A stretch of 34,625 bases of DNA from a bacterium (GTDB lineage Bacteria; Myxococcota_A; Bradymonadia; Bradymonadales; Bradymonadaceae). How positions within the stretch are numbered: position 1 is the first letter of the stretch; the number at the start of each line of letters is the position of its first letter. This document shows, one piece after another, positions 32,457-34,625 of this stretch. The stretch spans positions 220,631-255,255 of the forward strand of contig JAUIBR010000002.1 in NCBI GenBank assembly GCA_030427705.1, in the 5' to 3' direction. The notes under the pieces are model-generated. The model saw only the letters and a list, made by a program, of their open reading frames with translations. It had not been told where the DNA came from and did not search any database. The translations under genes and the position numbers were made by a program.

Positions 32457-34625
32457 GCTGGGTCAATTAGCGCCCTGAGTGCAGCGATGACTTCAGCAGA
32501 GCGCGCATCATCCAACGGACCACCTTCAAGCTCTTCGATATAGAAGGTGTCGACGACCTGGTCGCCCTCGGAGTCGATGAACGACTGGTGAATGTTCACG
32601 CCCTCGCCCTGCAATCCCGAAGTGATATCGAACAATAGACCGGGCCGGTCGCCAGTTCTCACTTCCAAGATCGTATGTTCCTTTGTCTCGTCAACGACAC
32701 GAATCTTCGTGGCAACCGCTGGACGTGCACGAGGAGGCAAGCGTTGTTCTTGGCGCTTGGTTTCGAGAATCTGTCGAACATCCGAGGTACCGGCCAGAAC
32801 GTCGGTCAACAGCTGCCTCGTGCTATCCAGACGTCGTTCGTCGTCAACAGCCCGCCCTGCCCTTGTGATTCTGAAGATATCGAACGTCCGACCATCGTTG
32901 GTCGAAATGATCTGCCCCGAAAGGATGTCCATGCCACTGGCGGATAGCGCGCCCGAGATGCTTGCCAAGAGGCCGGGCTGGTCGTCGGTGGCAACAATGA
33001 CTTCGGTAGATTTGGTCTGAGAATCCGAGGAGAAACTAACGACTGTCCCACCATCGCGTTTTGCCTGCGCGTAGATAGCCGCGTAGCGGTGCAAGTCGGG
33101 ATCGCTCAGCCCGCGTAGCAGTCCATCAGGCATGTCTGACACGAACTCGCTCGCAAACTCGGATTCGCCGAGTAGGTTGAGGAATTTGTCGGATGAAACC
33201 TCGACGGCCTTTCCTTGAATCTCCGCCAATACGCGAAGATACAGCTCGTTTAGTAGCGATGCGGTCCAGTCTGTCATCACATCATCACCCACCGTGAACG
33301 CATCACAGAAGGTCAGGCACAACAACAGGTCGAGCCGCTCCTTTGAGCCCACTGTCTGCGCAATCTCTCGAATCAGGTCGACATCCGAAATGTCGCGGCG
33401 TCGCGCGGTTTGGCTGAGCGTGAGGTGCTCAAGAACCAAGAACCTCAGGGTGTCGGTTTGGCTTTCCGACAGACCAAGCCTTGGGCCGACATCGACCATC
33501 ATTGCTGCGCCTTTCGCGCTGTGCCCCCCGCCACGGTTCTTTCCGATGTCGTGGAACAAACATGACAGCAGGAAGACGGTGGCGTCGCTTATCTCGGCCG
33601 CGACGTGCTGTACCCAAGGCCAACGGTTACTCAAGGATTCGGTTGACGATCGAAGGAGCGCGCGCCCCGCCTCCAAGCATCGCACGCTGTGAACATCGGT
33701 CGTGTAGACGTGGTAAACGTCGTGTTGCATGTGGCAGATGAGCGGCGAGAACTCGGGCACGATTCGGGCGAGTACGCCGAGGTCTAGAAGTCGAGTCGAG
33801 GTCCGTGAAGTGATGTTCACGTCAGTCAGAACCTCGGCGAGACCGCTGCCAACGCCAGATTCACCAAGAATTGTATCGTCCCAGTTTACGACGGAGGTCG
33901 CGATGGACTTCTCGAGTTCTGGCTCAAGCAGAACGGAGTGCTCGCTCGCCAATCGTAGTGCCTCAAACACTTGCTCGGGCTTCATCGGATTGGTTGTCGC
34001 GTCTAGCGAGATAAGGCTCTCATCGACGCGAAAACACGTGCCTACCGAGATAAAAGGCGTCGTTCGCTGTCCCCACATGCGCAGGTTTCGTTCGGTCAAT
34101 TGCCATAGTGATTTGGCGAACTGGTAGTGCTCCTGCATCAGCAGTTCTACATCGCCATCATCGCGCAGTTGGTGAGCAATCGCCTCTTGATCGTCGAAAT
34201 GCATCCGGTCGTTGCGCCGACCGTGGCGCACATGCAGACGTTGGCGAATATTGTATAACCAGGACAGCGCGGCCTCGAGGCGTGCGCGGTCCACTTCAGC
34301 CCAGCCGACGTTTGGAATCTCGTTCAGAAGTGGGTCAGTGTCGAAACACACGTCTGCTGCCCATCGCAAAGATTGGGCATCGCGAAGGCCTCCCAGTCCA
34401 CTCTTGATATCGGGCTCCAAGCGGTAAACCGTTTTTCCGAACCGGTCGCGGCGGGTCCGAAAGCCCTCGAACAACTGGACGACAAAGTCCAAGCCCATAT
34501 CGCTACCCCGCAACAGACGAATGGCTGAGGCGCGAAGTTCGTCGGTGTCAGCGTCTTGGAGCGGGCGGACATCCAGGTACGAGATTGCCGTACGCACGTC
34601 CTTTTGAATCTCGTCTTTAAACTGC
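32453..34625 (-). CDS. glnD: [Protein-PII] uridylyltransferase / uridylyl-removing enzyme GlnD. The N-terminal nucleotidyltransferase part lies beyond the window end.
   Basis: KSGLGGLRDAQSLRWAA (GlnD-specific), HD domain FHDIGKNRGGGH, two C-terminal ACT-like domains (ILEVRTGDRPGLLFDITSGL; VVATDDQPGLLASISGALSA). The frame stays open upstream of the GTG at 34597 (...QFKDEIQKD-VRTAI) up to position 34625. Confidence 0.85.
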   Translation of the reverse strand, partial: QFKDEIQKDVRTAISYLDVRPLQDADTDELRASAIRLLRGSDMGLDFVVQLFEGFRTRRDRFGKTVYRLEPDIKSGLGGLRDAQSLRWAADVCFDTDPLLNEIPNVGWAEVDRARLEAALSWLYNIRQRLHVRHGRRNDRMHFDDQEAIAHQLRDDGDVELLMQEHYQFAKSLWQLTERNLRMWGQRTTPFISVGTCFRVDESLISLDATTNPMKPEQVFEALRLASEHSVLLEPELEKSIATSVVNWDDTILGESGVGSGLAEVLTDVNITSRTSTRLLDLGVLARIVPEFSPLICHMQHDVYHVYTTDVHSVRCLEAGRALLRSSTESLSNRWPWVQHVAAEISDATVFLLSCLFHDIGKNRGGGHSAKGAAMMVDVGPRLGLSESQTDTLRFLVLEHLTLSQTARRRDISDVDLIREIAQTVGSKERLDLLLCLTFCDAFTVGDDVMTDWTASLLNELYLRVLAEIQGKAVEVSSDKFLNLLGESEFASEFVSDMPDGLLRGLSDPDLHRYAAIYAQAKRDGGTVVSFSSDSQTKSTEVIVATDDQPGLLASISGALSASGMDILSGQIISTNDGRTFDIFRITRAGRAVDDERRLDSTRQLLTDVLAGTSDVRQILETKRQEQRLPPRARPAVATKIRVVDETKEHTILEVRTGDRPGLLFDITSGLQGEGVNIHQSFIDSEGDQVVDTFYIEELEGGPLDDARSAEVIAALRALIDPA

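Overview
This 34.6 kb window is GC-rich (roughly 58-60%) and very gene-dense. It reads as ordinary bacterial chromosome with about 29 CDS and one tRNA. The gene content and style fit a Myxococcota- or Bradymonadota-like deltaproteobacterium: two active Hanks-type Ser/Thr kinases (one a kinase-NTPase-TPR STAND protein, one with a PEGA ectodomain), many lipoproteins, weak Shine-Dalgarno sites, and frequent start/stop overlaps. Most genes are housekeeping: YciH/SUI1, aldehyde dehydrogenase, PhoD, DusA, Tgt, TsaB, CdsA, RseP, GlnD, chorismate synthase, an Na+/solute symporter, PCD/DCoH and CapA. I see no CRISPR, integrase, transposase or obvious defence island. The parts worth a second look are: (1) a 74-nt tRNA with a canonical cloverleaf but a Leu anticodon (UAA) on a short-variable-loop class-I scaffold, followed by two perfect 18-bp direct repeats; (2) a minus-strand operon TfoX_C-domain protein -> PolX (Pol-beta-like + PHP) -> 444-aa DUF4132-like protein, a candidate DNA uptake/repair module; (3) an Asn-rich, AAC-microsatellite-encoded lipoprotein with a fibrinogen-like C-terminal domain, translationally coupled to a multi-TM/spermidine-synthase-like fusion; (4) an AROM-like single-polypeptide fusion shikimate kinase / type I dehydroquinase / shikimate dehydrogenase directly upstream of aroC; (5) a J-domain protein with a degenerate N-terminal receiver-like domain; (6) a coupled phoD / DUF5522-like Cys-rich ORF / dusA trio. 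All functional calls come from motif recognition by eye; I ran no database search.
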